DNA of 64,000 nucleotides from Cenococcum geophilum. Lineage: Eukaryota. Positions 51,790-64,000 of the stretch are shown piece by piece. Below the pieces are notes generated by a model. It was given only the letters and a program-made list of their open reading frames with translations. It searched no databases and had not been told where the DNA came from. A program made the translations under genes and the position numbers. The stretch is from assembly GCA_050273025.1 (NCBI GenBank), contig CP158635.1:32798001-32862000 (forward strand), read 5' to 3'. Each line of letters starts with the position of its first letter. Position 1 is the first letter of the stretch.

Positions 51790-53843
51790 TATTACGGACG
51801 CTTTAAGTACTATATTACGACTACTTGGGGAAGAGTTAGAAGAAGCTAGTTGGTTAATTTAGGCACGGTCTAGGATGAAACCGGTAGAACTATATAACGA
51901 GGAATGGTAACTAAGGTTACATAATATGCTATATATTAAACGAGAGGAACGAGAGGAACTTACGTACCTTATGTATAAGACGTATATTACGTATAAGAAG
52001 GATTTTATAGGAGTACAGTTGTGTATTTAAGGACCCTTAATCCCTACCTAGATAGTTCCTTCCTTGCAGTGATTCTTAGAATATAATTAAAGTTAATCTA
52101 TTAGGCAACCACTCCACCAGTTATTATTTCGTTGTTGACTTTTATACTTGCCTTTCCTATACACCTAGCCTATTAACGAGCCTATTGTAGTTCTTACTAT
52201 AAGGTTCCGTTATATAATCACTACCTAGTTACGGTAGCAATATAGAAAGTTAAATAATATACCACCAAAAGCAGCCACTACAACGCTATTGACGGCGGCA
52301 ACTACTTTAGGGTTAGGTAACGACACTAGTATAGCAGACACTAACTTATAGCAACCTATAATAGTTGGACAGCTATAAGAGATAGTTCACTAGTTAATAG
52401 AAAATAATATAACGTTGAAAAATAGGATTAACGGGATAGGCGCAGTAAAGGTTAAGTTACTATTAATTAAAAGATTCTTAGGAGAGAAGTTAAAGCTTAA
52501 AGGATTTCTTACGTAAATGCACTTTAAGGTTGCGCAAGAGGGAGTAAAGCTAGTAACACCTATAGATTAAATAGCGTATACGGGACTATTCCTAACGGGA
52601 AGAGTACTTAAATGGTTTAAGCCTTACCTTACGGAGATATAAGTAAATAGAATAACGACTACTAACTAGGAGGTGTAGTTTATATTCTTAAGCTAAGAAG
52701 GGTTTATAGAGCGACTTATATAAATGTTTGGAGATTTAGAGGCAGTAACTATAGCGGAGAGAAAACTTTAAGACATTACGTAACGAATCTTAGCGATTAA
52801 GTATATAATGTAGTTCCAGACATTAGCAATATAAGTAAAGTGGAATAATAGGGCGCTTATGGCATAGTATAAATAGGGACTTAAGGCTAAAGTCTAGGAC
52901 GCGATTATCCTAATAGAAGATGCGGATACCCTAAGGGAACTAATAGATTAAGCGATTAAGATTAATAATTAGATCTACCAAAGGGAACAGGCTAAGAAAG
53001 GCTAGGATAGAGTTCTATAGTTATATAAGGCGTAGAGCACGTAACAACTAAAGCTAAGTTAAAAACTATAGTATGGCGTAGAGCTAATAGACCTAAGTAG
53101 TATAAAAAAAAGCCTATAAAAGATGGAGTAAATAACTATAGAAACCTAGAGGATAAGGATTAAGTAATTAAAGGTCTAAGGAGCAGAGGCTAAACTAGGG
53201 ATCTTAATAGCAGAAGACGTTTAGGCGGACTCTATAATAAGAAAAATGGTTTAAAGAGGGAGTTTACATAAATTGCGGAAAATAGGGTTATTACGTTAGA
53301 GACTATAGAAGTGGTTAGAGTTACTATATAGTAAAAGGGACGAGACTAGTAGACAATATATACGTATAGAGGGATAATAATATACTATAAGGAATAAAAG
53401 AATATTTAATTAGAAGTTTTGCGTTTTGTTATAATAATATATACCGAATTTATAAAGATGCTAAGTATAGCGTAAGCTATTAGCTATACAAGCTAAGTTT
53501 ATTAAAATATTAAGGAACTAACGAACCAGCTTACAGATCGGATATTAAGGATAATGAATTTAATAAAGGTGAAGTATTTCGTGATAATAAGGTAATAAGG
53601 GCGGTTTACTAGAAATACGTAGCCATCGGAGATGTTATACTAGAGGTAGAGGATAATTCTACTATAGAATAGGGAACATTAGTAGGGATTAAGACCCCAT
53701 TAGATACGATATCTATCACTTTACAAGACATAAGAGAAGTAGAATAGCGAGCCACTTTAGCACTCGATAAAGGTAAAAAGCTAAAGGCTTAAGATTCTTA
53801 TAACGAGATATAAGATAACCAAGATTCTTAAGACGAGATGAGG
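51790..53843 (+). mobile_element. Gypsy B3 (B family): 5' LTR and first part of gag, 3'-truncated
   Basis: LTR 51790-52214; gag from 52259 collinear with B1 (divergent segment ~53500-53690); homology ends at ~53843. Confidence 0.92.
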
Positions 53844-54967
53844 TAGAAAAGCGAAATTAGATAATAGGTTATTACGGTAATACCTACTAACGGTTTTATT
53901 TACCTAATTTAATTAAGTACAATTTCTAGTTAATCTACTTTAGGACTCTATTATAGGACAACCTTATCTAATATGCCGTACGGATAGGAATCTTAAGGGA
54001 TAAGCAGGCCTTTATAGGTCTAACTAACGAGTAAAAGCCTAAATTTTAGTTAGAACTTAATTAATACCCTAATATTCTATAGCTTTATAAGAAATAAGAA
54101 CAATATAAGCAAAAGATTAAAAGCCGGGGATATCACCCTATTAACGCCGCGAAGGGAACGAAATTATATAACTATTATAATAAAGCTAAACGTAAACTTT
54201 ATAGTGTTATAAACGTTCTATATAAATAAAAAGAGGACCAGGTTATTCTTAATTTTTATAACGCCATAAATAATCACGATATTAAAAGATAGCTTAGTAG
54301 TAGCGTTAGAACGGATATTCCTACCTATTTAGCTATATAGTATAAATTTTATAAACGTGCTGCTATTACCAAACTACTATCTTAGCCGCTAAATAAGCTT
54401 AAAGAAGGGTACGCTATAAAACTCTATATAAAGTTTATCTATAATCTTATTAAGTATTATAATTAATAAGAGAGCTAATAGAATGGGATCCTAAGTAAGG
54501 CTATTAGATTTTAACTTAGGTCTAAAATAGACTAAAGTGTAATAGGCGTAAAAAGAGGTGCAAGTAATACTAATACTAGTATCTATTAATAGGCAAAGCG
54601 GCAGAAAGAATAGATTAGCTTAGACTTGCCTTTTTAAGAAAACCCAGATAAGACGCGGAGCGCGGTCCCGATTAAGAAAGAGGGTATTAAGATAATACAG
54701 CCGCTATATCCTATAACGTTTACTAATCTTATTTACCTTATCTATATTAATAATAACCAACTCTTAATACTAAGGTAGACCCGCCTATTTGCGAAGAAAG
54801 ATACACTATAAAAGTATCTCAATAATTACGTTATAGAAGAAGTATTTAAGCAGGGGTTCCACTATAAGCATCCTTATTATTTAAAGTAAATTAAAGGACT
54901 TAAGCATTTTAAAAACCACGCAGCCCTTATATATAGCGTATAGCATCCAATTAAAAGGCACTGCTAG
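53843..54967 (+). pseudogene. C-terminal half of a DUF3435 tyrosine recombinase (Starship captain-like), RIP-decayed
   Basis: De-RIPed single frame: EKRNQIMGH.GDTYERFY.PDLI..DFQSIYFGTPSQDDLI...RMG.SRD.RAP.GLT.EQ ... ERAAIAKLL ... C-terminal CP.CI....R...F.KKDTLQKH...H...C.HP.C....EHFKNHAA.VH. I recognise this layout from DUF3435 proteins. Confidence 0.8.
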
Positions 54968-55439
54968 GTAAGTCGCCTTACTTATATAAGAATCCTATAC
55001 TAACCCTCTAGTACTAATAGAAAGGTATATAACTAGTAAATTTAGAACTATGCGCTTAGTATATATAGGACTATTTCCTAGTCATTACGCGCTTATCTTA
55101 TTATTCTTTACCACTTTTTATTTTATTTTAGTCTATTATTATCTAATCCTATTCTAGTATTTAGTAGAATAGATATAATTTAGGATTTTATAATTTGTCT
55201 AGGGGGGTAAGAGGTAATAGGTAAGCTAAGGGTGAGCTAAAGGATAAGATAAAGGGTAGGGTAAAGGGTAAAAGGTAAGGGGTAAGCTAAGGGGTGGCTA
55301 ATAGGGGATAGATAATATAGTTGCTATATAATATCTAACGGACCGACTATAGACGAGATATATATTTGAATTTCTTAGATTAACCTAAATGGAGAGAAGA
55401 GAAGTATTATATAATAACTTCTTACCTAAGCTAATCTCT

Positions 55440-56597
55440 TAAGCTATATATCTTTACTTATATATAACGGAGGTACCTTAAGTAATAAAGTATATAAGGG
55501 TGATTAGGGTCGGATAGATAACTACTATCCTTAATATAACATATAAACTCGGCGCTATAACTAATATTATAATAGGTTCTAGTCTTGCAGAGAGTATTAA
55601 GATAGTTATTAATATTTTTGCTTTTACGCTTAGCCGCGGCGCACCTCGCCTCGGCGGATTAAAGTAGTGATTCTATTTATTATAGGAGAGATTAAACAGC
55701 TTAAAGTTTCTATATAAAATTTTCCTCTATATCCTTAAATACGGTAATTACTGTCCATATAATGCCGATAGTAAAATCGCTTATAACGTCCAGCTTTATA
55801 AAGTCCTTAAGTTTAATAAGCTCTTCAATATACTCGGCCGCTATTAAAATAATTATATTATATAATACTAAGTCGCCTATTAGGCTAAAGACATCCTTAA
55901 TAATATTAAGAAACCTATTTACGGACTAGCTAGTTCCTAAAATATATTAAATTTTTATATTCGCAAGCTCTTTTAGCTATAGTATATTATAATAATCGGC
56001 AATTATATTAATATAGACGTGGCGAAGAGTAATATTGGCCGTTATCGGCCGTGTTATTATGTCTTTATTATCGCCACCGCTATTATCTAGTTTAGATAGC
56101 AATGAGGCATTAACGTCATTAAGTTACGCTACCTTTAATTCTATAGATTGAAGTTTAAGTATAGATAAATTAGATTAGCGTGCGAATATATCCCTTACCT
56201 TAGCTAAGCGTTTCTATACTTATAATATTAGATCCTTACTCCTCCTCGCCATTATTATAGCCCCCCTTATATATAAATTGGATTATTTTCTTAATAGTGC
56301 CGGAATCGAACTCGTTAATATTTATAATATTAGTCGCCGCCTCCTACCCATTAGTTAGTTAGGGTTAATTCTACTAGACGTTTAGTTAGCTTTTACCTAA
56401 AAGCCTCTATTATAGGCAGTTATAAATATAGGAGATTAGGTGCATATAATTGCTTTATAGACCTTAAACTTTAGCCCCTAGTATATAAGTTTTAAGTTAC
56501 TATATTTCTCGCTGTTTATAAGCTGCGCTAAGCCGAGTAGAATATTTTTAGATAATATATTTTATTAGTTTTCTTTTCTAGTTCTAGTTTTAACTAT
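55440..56597 (-). pseudogene. BTB/POZ-domain protein, two introns, RIP-decayed
   Basis: NSEKYSDLKLICQG..FKVHKAIICTQSPVF.AACDGGFQ|EAATNII.I.EFD..T...MIQF.Y.GGY; later HV.VNAIADYY.IPQLKELA; introns gtaaaa...gggtag (~56345-56397) and gtaagg...ctatag (~56143-56200). Confidence 0.85.
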
Positions 56598-57299
56598 ATC
56601 TTAAGCAATGTTTAAGGGTATAATTTGGTGTTAAACAGGACAATTAAGAATAAGAATTTTACTTTATTAAACGTGGCTTTAGAGCCTCTATATATACAAT
56701 AAGAAGTCATTATTAGCTTTATCTGATCTGCGACGGGTTTAGTTAATTAGTTAGAGCTTTAAACGTTAGTCGCTTAACTAAGAACTAATGTGACTTCTAA
56801 AGTTCTAGGTTGATATTTAGCTTATATATATACTAAGCATTTTCCACTACCCTACTTGGATAAAGCCAGTTATATAACTAGAAAACCCCACTATTTATAT
56901 CTAGTAAAAGTAATATCCGCGCTTTTTATAGATTATTTACTGTAACAGTAACTTAGACTGCAAAAAGCGGTAAAACCTTCGCTAAAACCTTAGTAATACT
57001 AATACTAAAAAGGGCCTTTCTTAACTTAGGGAAAGAGCGCAAAAATCTATTAGGAATCCCCCTATAGTAACTATCTACCAGCCTATAAAAAATGTGCATC
57101 CTTTTTAGAATGACTTTAATGCTTAATCTATCGCACCGCGTTTAATAGCGCTAGCTTTTAACCCACTGCGCAACAAGACCCACGCCCATAAAAATTAAAA
57201 AGTGCTTAGCAGCGTTAACACCTATTTAAACCTTCTCCGTTATCTACTTTAGATATTCAAACTCCTTTATCTAATCTTTAGAGATTATGGTATAGTAGG

Positions 57300-58510
57300 T
57301 TTTAAAGTTAAGAGTTAATTTAATTGCGATGTAGTTAGTGCTTAAACTAATAATATAAATACGCTATTACAATATTAATTGATAATTTTTAAAATTAGTC
57401 TTTTACTTACCCCTTTATTAACGTCAAAAAGTTATTTAGTTAAAACACTTTTCTTAAAATTAACTTGGCCGGCAAATGCATTATAGGAACAGAAAAAATT
57501 CAGGTCCTATATCTAGCTATTAGATTCCTCTACTAATCTACTACAGCTAAGCAATTCCCTATACTAGGCTTCCTTATCCTATATATTAAGTTTAAGGGTA
57601 GATTCGCGACTTAAAGCTATATATAGGATTTCGGATATTTTATTAAGCAACAGGGATATTTAATTAGAATTATTAAACAGTCTAAAAGGGGAGAACTAGG
57701 CGCTACCAGTATATCTAGGGAGATAAAGGTATTAGCAGCCCCATCTTAGTATAGAGAGGTGCAGTTTTTGCTTACCTAAAAGTTAAATACAGTTAGTAGC
57801 AATAAGGTCTTTATAAGATAAGATGTGCAATCCTTAGGAGTCTATTTATATGCATAGAAGACTTAATCGGCCGAAACCGACGCCCTTAATACTGTATTAT
57901 AAATAGTAAGGTACAGATTACGGTATAAATTAGCCAAGTTAGCCTAAAATGTATATATGCGGTAGGTAATAAAGACTTTTCCTAGAAGTACTAATGCCTA
58001 ACTAATGCTAGTGTTATAAGTGACAAAGACCAGTAAATGCCTATCTTAGATAGAGGTTGTTAAACGCATTAAGGTAAGAAGAGGGTTTCTATAGGGCAAA
58101 TATCTTCTTACCCCTAGCTATACTAGACGCTTATAGAATATAGGGACACTATTAATGTCGCGGGTAGTAAAGATTAGTAAAGGCTAAGAATGGTGCTTAA
58201 GGCGTAAGTTAGGGTTACTAAACGGTAAGAAGACGCTATAAATAAATCTGCTAAAGCATATCCTATACACCTCTAAGTTCTTTACTCCGCCGCTAGTTTT
58301 ATAGGTATAGTTGTATTTTTAAATATCCCCCCAAAACTCCCGCGCCTAGTAACCCTCCACAAATATATCCCTTTCCCTAATATTCGACGGTTCTTAATTT
58401 TAACCTCTGCTTTAAGATATGCGTTTAAATAGTATACAGCTAATATAGAGGGCGAGATATTAGCATTCTGTTCTAAATAAAGAGGCGCTAGTCGTAGAGC
58501 TTGCCTATAA
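57300..58510 (-). pseudogene. Hypothetical intron-containing gene, RIP-decayed
   Basis: Long minus frame broken almost only by RIP-type stops (ERD.FVEGY.AREFWGDI.KY...); intron gtaagc...gctaat...ctag at ~57715-57775 and a gtaagt donor at ~57410. Family not recognised; limits are approximate. Confidence 0.55.
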
Positions 58511-59359
58511 ATATTGCCTTTAGAATTAAATAAGAATTAGTAGGCAAAATTAGTATAGCTACATACTTGTTGTCTAAAAATGCTGCGTACGGTAAAGACC
58601 GGTTAATAGTCGCGTGCAGTGTACTATTTAGAGGTCTAGTTACAACTATATACAAAGTTTAGGCCGCTAAATATTATAAAGGGCGGGAAGGCACTATAAA
58701 TGTATTTACGTAAATAAGATGCCAGGCGTCTAATATATGTAGCGGCCCGCACAGCGGCCATTATACATATTAATTATAGGATACTATACGTAGCGGAGAT
58801 CGTTTAAAGGTTATACAGTGTAATAGTTCCTATTAGATAGGATATAATGCGTAATAGATGCCTATTAAAGGGTGACGGAAGTGCCTAAGTATGAGTTAGA
58901 CTATATAGGGTGGGGATAAGGCGCAATAAGTATAGCTATATAAAATATTTATCATCAGCCTGGAAGGGGTATAGAGAGGTGTTAAATATAGTGAAAAATA
59001 GTTAAGTAGTTAAAGTGAGAATAGGCGGCCGTGGCATTTAAGAAAATATAGCGTAGCATAGGGCTATATAGGGCGTATTAGGCTTTTTGCTCCGCGGACT
59101 CCACCTAGGCAAAATTATACGGAACCGCTATTTTGCATACGATAACTATAGGTAAAAGGCAACCAGTTTTATATATAAAAAATTAAGGCGTAAAGCTAGG
59201 GAAAGGTGCTATATTACCTAAGATTAATAAAATAACCCGTCCTTTCTAGTGTCTTTACGCGTAACTTCGCGGAGGAAATTTCTTAGCAAAAAATTAATAG
59301 TAGCAGCCCAATATTAGTCTACTATCGCTAAAGCATTTCTACTATCTTACGTCCACGCC

Positions 59360-59931
59360 ATGGCTATAGAAAGTAGTCTTAATAATAAACTATATAACTC
59401 TGGAGTCGCCATTATAGGGTAAATTTAAGCACAACTAATTAAGAGAGTTAAAACCTATCTAGATCTACTAGATATTAAGCAGCGGCATTATAGGTAGACC
59501 GAGCTTAAGTAGAACAATGACTGCGACGCAGTTATAGCTAAATTTAAATTAGTAAGTCTCACCTATTAATATATTATATTATCCTAACTAAGAGACAGAA
59601 ACTAAAGCCTAATATTATAGCCTTATAAGATAAGACTTATCAGAATCGACGATTTATTTACTTTTATAACTTTTTTAAAGTATTAGGGATATATAGGCCA
59701 GAATATAGTAATAGGAAATATACTATGGCGATTATTATTAAAGAAGGGCCTGGCCTCCCCTTAATTTGTAAAGGGTCGCATATATTAACGGTATACGATT
59801 TTAGTTAGCTAGAACTGCTACCTGCTAGCACGTTCTTAGAAAAATCTGTTATAGTTTTTTATATAAACATTATGCGGGAGGATCCTAAAGTTGGACCAAC
59901 CGGTATAGCTACAATTATCCTGCTATATTAG
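59360..59931 (+). pseudogene. Hypothetical ~175-aa protein with one intron
   Basis: ATG 59360; phase-0 intron gtaagt...cctaac...acag (~59552-59598); frame continues through ...GLPLICKGSH...VF..NI.RED... to TAG 59931. Confidence 0.6.
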
Positions 59932-60099
59932 AGCTAGGATATAATTAAGTCTAATAGAGTTAGACGTTAATACAACGGATAACTTTAGATACTATAATAT
60001 TAAATTTATAAGAAAGATTCTAAGGAATTATAGACAAGAAGTGATATTTATTTAATTAACACCCTAATTATTTCAGTCGCTAAGCCTAATAGGAAACCT

Positions 60100-62418
60100 A
60101 GGTAGGGGGGTTAAATAAAGGTATACTATAAGTCCTTTAATTAATACCTGCCGACGGACCCTATAACTTAAGTAGTTATTAAACCAGGTTATTAAAATTA
60201 CTTTAGTCTAAATTACTAGGTAGTTAAGAGAGTCTAATATTGCTAGGTGGCGATTAAGACAGCCTAGTAGCGCTATTAGGGAGGTTAAAATCACTCTAGT
60301 CTAAATTAATGGGTAGTTAAGAGAGTTCAGCATTACTAGGTAGCGATTAAGACAGCCTAGTAACGCTGTTAGGGAGGTTAAACTTACTTTAGTCCAAATC
60401 ACTAGGTAGTTAAAAGAGTTTAGAATTCCTATATAGTGGTTAAGGCAGTCTAGTAGCTCTTTTAGGGTTATTAAACCCGCCCCAATCGCTATCTATAGGT
60501 AGTAGTTAAGGTCGCCCGGAATTTTCTTACCTATAATCCTTAAGCATAGAATTGCCTAAACTAATACTCCTATATATTAAATCCTGCGGTTAAAGTTAGG
60601 TAACCCCTAGGTTATAATTAGTAACACTTTCTACCTATATTTACTATAAAGCCATAAAAGTAGGTTAGAAATACCTTTATTACCTCTTATCCCGCGTATT
60701 CTCTTACTAACCATCCTATCCTATATATCTCTTTTCGTTTAAAAGGCGTAAGGACCTATAAGAGGAGGATTTATAAACCATTTTCTTTTACTTATATTAA
60801 AGGAGCATAAATCCTTTATACTAGTTATAAGGGGGGAGAGTTTTTCCTAATCTTTATACTCTTATAGAGTTTTAAAGAAAAAGAAAAACGCTAATATTAT
60901 TTCCTTTATTAATTTCCGAATTCTATCATCTCTTAACGCTTAAAAGTTATAGTAAATAGCAAAGACTTATATATTTAAGGTTGCTATAGATCTAAGTGCT
61001 ATAAGTATACCTTTATTTATTACACCCTACCTTTTACCTTCCTTAACATGATTACGGAACTGCTATAGCTATAAGGTATTACAGTTACTAAACTCTTTAA
61101 ATTCTATCTTATTTAGAGTTATAGTTAAATGCTTTATACCTTTATTTACTATCCGTTTGTCCTAACTACAACACCGCTAATAATTTATATACTTTTAAAG
61201 CTCTAGATATAAGAGTCAATACTATATTACGGTATTGAAATCATCTCCTATAATAGCATTAGATAATCTATAGGCATTAAAGCTATCTTATAGTAAAGTG
61301 TAAAGGTTAATAGCGTTAGACACCCTATAGACACCTAAGGTATCTTATAATAGGACGTAAATGCTAAACTAAAATAACAAAGGGTTATCTTAGTATTTAT
61401 TAGTAAGTTAGATAAGTTAGCTACCAATACTACCTTAAATAGAACTCTCTCTACTAATTTAATAAGGGTAAAAACGTTATTCTATATAAGGCGCTTTTTC
61501 TCCTTACTATACTTAAAATTGGCAAAGAAATCGTTAGCTTCTTTTAAAAAGGGAGGTGTCTTAGCTTTTGGGTTATAAGGTTTCTTAACTTTTAGGTCGC
61601 AAGGTGCTTTAGATTTTAGGTTATAAGGCGTCTTAAGAGCTTGTAGTATTCTTTAAAGAGCCAGTACTGCTTAGTTTAGGTCCTTATGTAATAATTTAGC
61701 AAAGTTATTAAAACCCTCTAATAGAAACTAAGGATCGTAAGTAATAATTAATAAGATAGGATACTGGTCTTACTTTATTAGATAAACCGATAATAGTCAC
61801 TATTTTTAGGATTTTAGTACGGATTGCCTCTTATTGCTACTAAGTATTAATAAAGTTAGCTTAAATCTAATAAAATATTACTATAACTGTACCTATAAAG
61901 AGAGAGATATATTACTAAATAGCAGAGGCAAAAGTAAATAAGTTGTAGATGCTAAACGCGTAGAGATAGAAGTTATTAGCTCGGTTAGACCCGTCGTCTT
62001 AATAATTACGCTAAACCTAAAATTCTAACAAAAGTGCTATAAAGCACTTTTGTTGGAATTTTAGGTTTAGTCTCCTTTAGCTCCTTACCCTATAATATTC
62101 CACCCTTTAGCCCCTTTTACGATTCTTAGTAAGCCTTTAGCTTAATTAGTTAATTTATATAATATATAAAGCTAATTAGATCCTTTCCGTTATATAAAGG
62201 CATTATAACACTTTGCCTAAAGAACCTAAACTATATAATTTGTGGCGATTTCTTCCTTAGGGAGCTAAAGAGTAGGACGCCTTAATAGATCTAAGGATAC
62301 TATTTAAAAGAAAGACCTAATATATAGAGCTGATTTCCGCTCTATTATGCTAGGGATATATAATTGCCTTTATCGTCCGCTCTACTGGTTGCCTTAACGT
62401 GTCTTTTATATCTTCCAT
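60100..62418 (-). pseudogene. Hypothetical multi-exon gene with C-terminal 31-aa tandem repeats, RIP-decayed
   Basis: ATG at 62418 (MEDIKDTLRQPVER); long frame ~61370-60980 (...DAI.GDDFN.VI.HRL..LEL...FRNHVKEG.RWGV.D.G.L.ALG); in-frame repeats at 60192-60470. Exon structure uncertain. Confidence 0.5.
60192..60470. repeat. Three tandem 93-bp repeats
   Basis: Units start at 60192, 60285 and 60378 (ttaaa..(c/t)act(c/t)tagtc.aaat...). Confidence 0.9.
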
Positions 62419-63539
62419 TTGTTATTACCCTACTTTACTATTTTTACCGCTCCTTTTAACCTATTCCCTAGTTTGTTCTATTTCCGCTAACCATTTACAG
62501 CCGCTCTTTACTCTTTAATATGAATGCTTATTCAACTATTAGCTTGCTTATTAAAGCCGCAACTTACTAAATTACGCCAACCATCAGTTTTTTAATGCGT
62601 TGTACTTAGCTACCTCTTATATTAATTATTGGCACTTTAATAGCCGCTTATAGTTAGGATTAAGATTTTAAATACAGTGCATTAATTACTAAGCTTTATT
62701 AACGACCGAGTACCCCACGATCTATTAAGGTGGATTTAAAAAAGGCGTCTTCTATTACTAGGATTAGTTAGTCTATAAAGAGCTTATAAAGCTAAGAAAC
62801 GGCATCTTTAAAGTTAAATAATTCTAAGCGTTCTGGTACCGGTCTATTGTCTAATCAAATCACTACGGGCCTAAATGACTAGTAAAGGGCATTAGGGGGT
62901 CTGGTAAATCCTATACGCATATAATACTAACAAGTCCCCTAAACACTTAATAATATAATATTAAGTGAAATTCTTAGCACTTGCCTAGATAAGAGGACTG
63001 CGATAATACTCTCTTATAGCATAATTTAATCGTTCCCTAAGTCTCTATAGGATTTTCTTAGTCTTCTTTATAGAAGAACTAGAGAGCGAGAAGTATAGGA
63101 TATTATCTATATATCTACGTTTTCTAAGTTAATGCATAATCGCTCTAAGGTATTATTGTTCTAAGTATATTTAATATCTTTTATATTATATCTGTTCTAA
63201 TCTAATTATAGACTATAATTTAGGCGAATCTCTAAAACTTATAGAACTATATTAAAGAGAAAGGTGTGCAGAATGCTTTTTTATGGAAGCTATATTAACC
63301 TATTAATATTATAAACCTTTAATAGTAGTTATTTATATCTAGCTTAGAGTTAAGATTTCGGTATATAATTAAAATTAATCCTCTAGTGTTTAAATAAATC
63401 CACTCGCATTATAATATGAATTTACGTAGAAGTCTAGGCCGGCTCGTGTACGGTACTAGCTTATATACGGTTTTCCTTACCAAAATCTACCCAAATACAC
63501 CTGTTTCTACTACCTATAACTTAATAACCTTCTAATATA

Positions 63540-64000
63540 ATTTTATGTAAAAAATATATTTAAAATATTAAAAATTTATATTAAAAATAAGGTTAAAAAA
63601 GTACTTTTTTAATAAAAACTTAAATTATTAATAATAAAATTAATCGACTTATTATACAGCTATATAATATATTTTTTATATAATTATTATATAAATAAGT
63701 TTTTTTTATATAATTATTATATAAATAAGTTTTTTTTATACTTATTGACTTTATTAACTATATATTTAAATAAATAATATTAATATTTAATAAAGTTTCT
63801 ATTTAAACTTTTATATTAAAACCGAAGCTATAATATTATAATATTATATTTTAATATACTTTATTATGGCTATAATAAGTAATAAAAAATATAATTTGGT
63901 TTATTATTATATTATATTTTAAAAAAATTATTCTTATTAAAATATTTAGTAAAAAAAATAAAACTTTTATTAAATATTATATAATTATATAGTTTTTATA
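63540..64000. other. Extremely AT-rich, RIP-saturated tract
   Basis: Almost no C or G; short tandem duplication ttttatataattattatataaataagtttt at ~63673-63740. Confidence 0.8.

Noticed and set aside
55200..55310. Telomere-like taaggg/tagggt tract
   Set aside because: Irregular purine-rich repeats, not a tandem TTAGGG array.
63466..63540. Possible TA-flanked TIR (cggttttcc...) before the AT-rich tail
   Set aside because: No partner repeat inside the window, so it cannot be supported.

Overview
AT-rich, TE-dense region of a filamentous ascomycete genome. CpA/TpG depletion, TpA excess and CAA/CAG/TGG codons turned into stops show heavy repeat-induced point mutation (RIP), and no intact gene remains. 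Bases 1-53.8k are a deep nest of LTR retrotransposons. There are nine Ty3/Gypsy copies or fragments, two of them complete with TSDs (13498-21529, 39659-46247), one complete Copia (3962-9876) and one gag-only Copia-like element (47486-50721). The nest also holds a TA-flanked MITE and a 1.8-kb short-TIR insertion. Bases 53.8-63.5k carry the 3' half of a DUF3435 tyrosine recombinase (Starship 'captain'-like) followed by RIP-decayed, intron-containing genes, one of them a BTB/POZ protein; this is probably a dead Starship. Three signals stand out. (1) Two diverged ~1.1-kb non-coding retroposons with 13-15 bp TSDs each carry an HDV-like ribozyme fold, and in one copy it sits exactly at the 5' end. 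(2) Two unrelated Gypsy families carry a spliced antisense gene for a six-cysteine (Zn2Cys6-like) protein between pol and the 3' LTR. (3) The Starship remnant with its cargo. All protein calls come from manual translation with RIP changes mentally reverted; no database search was run.
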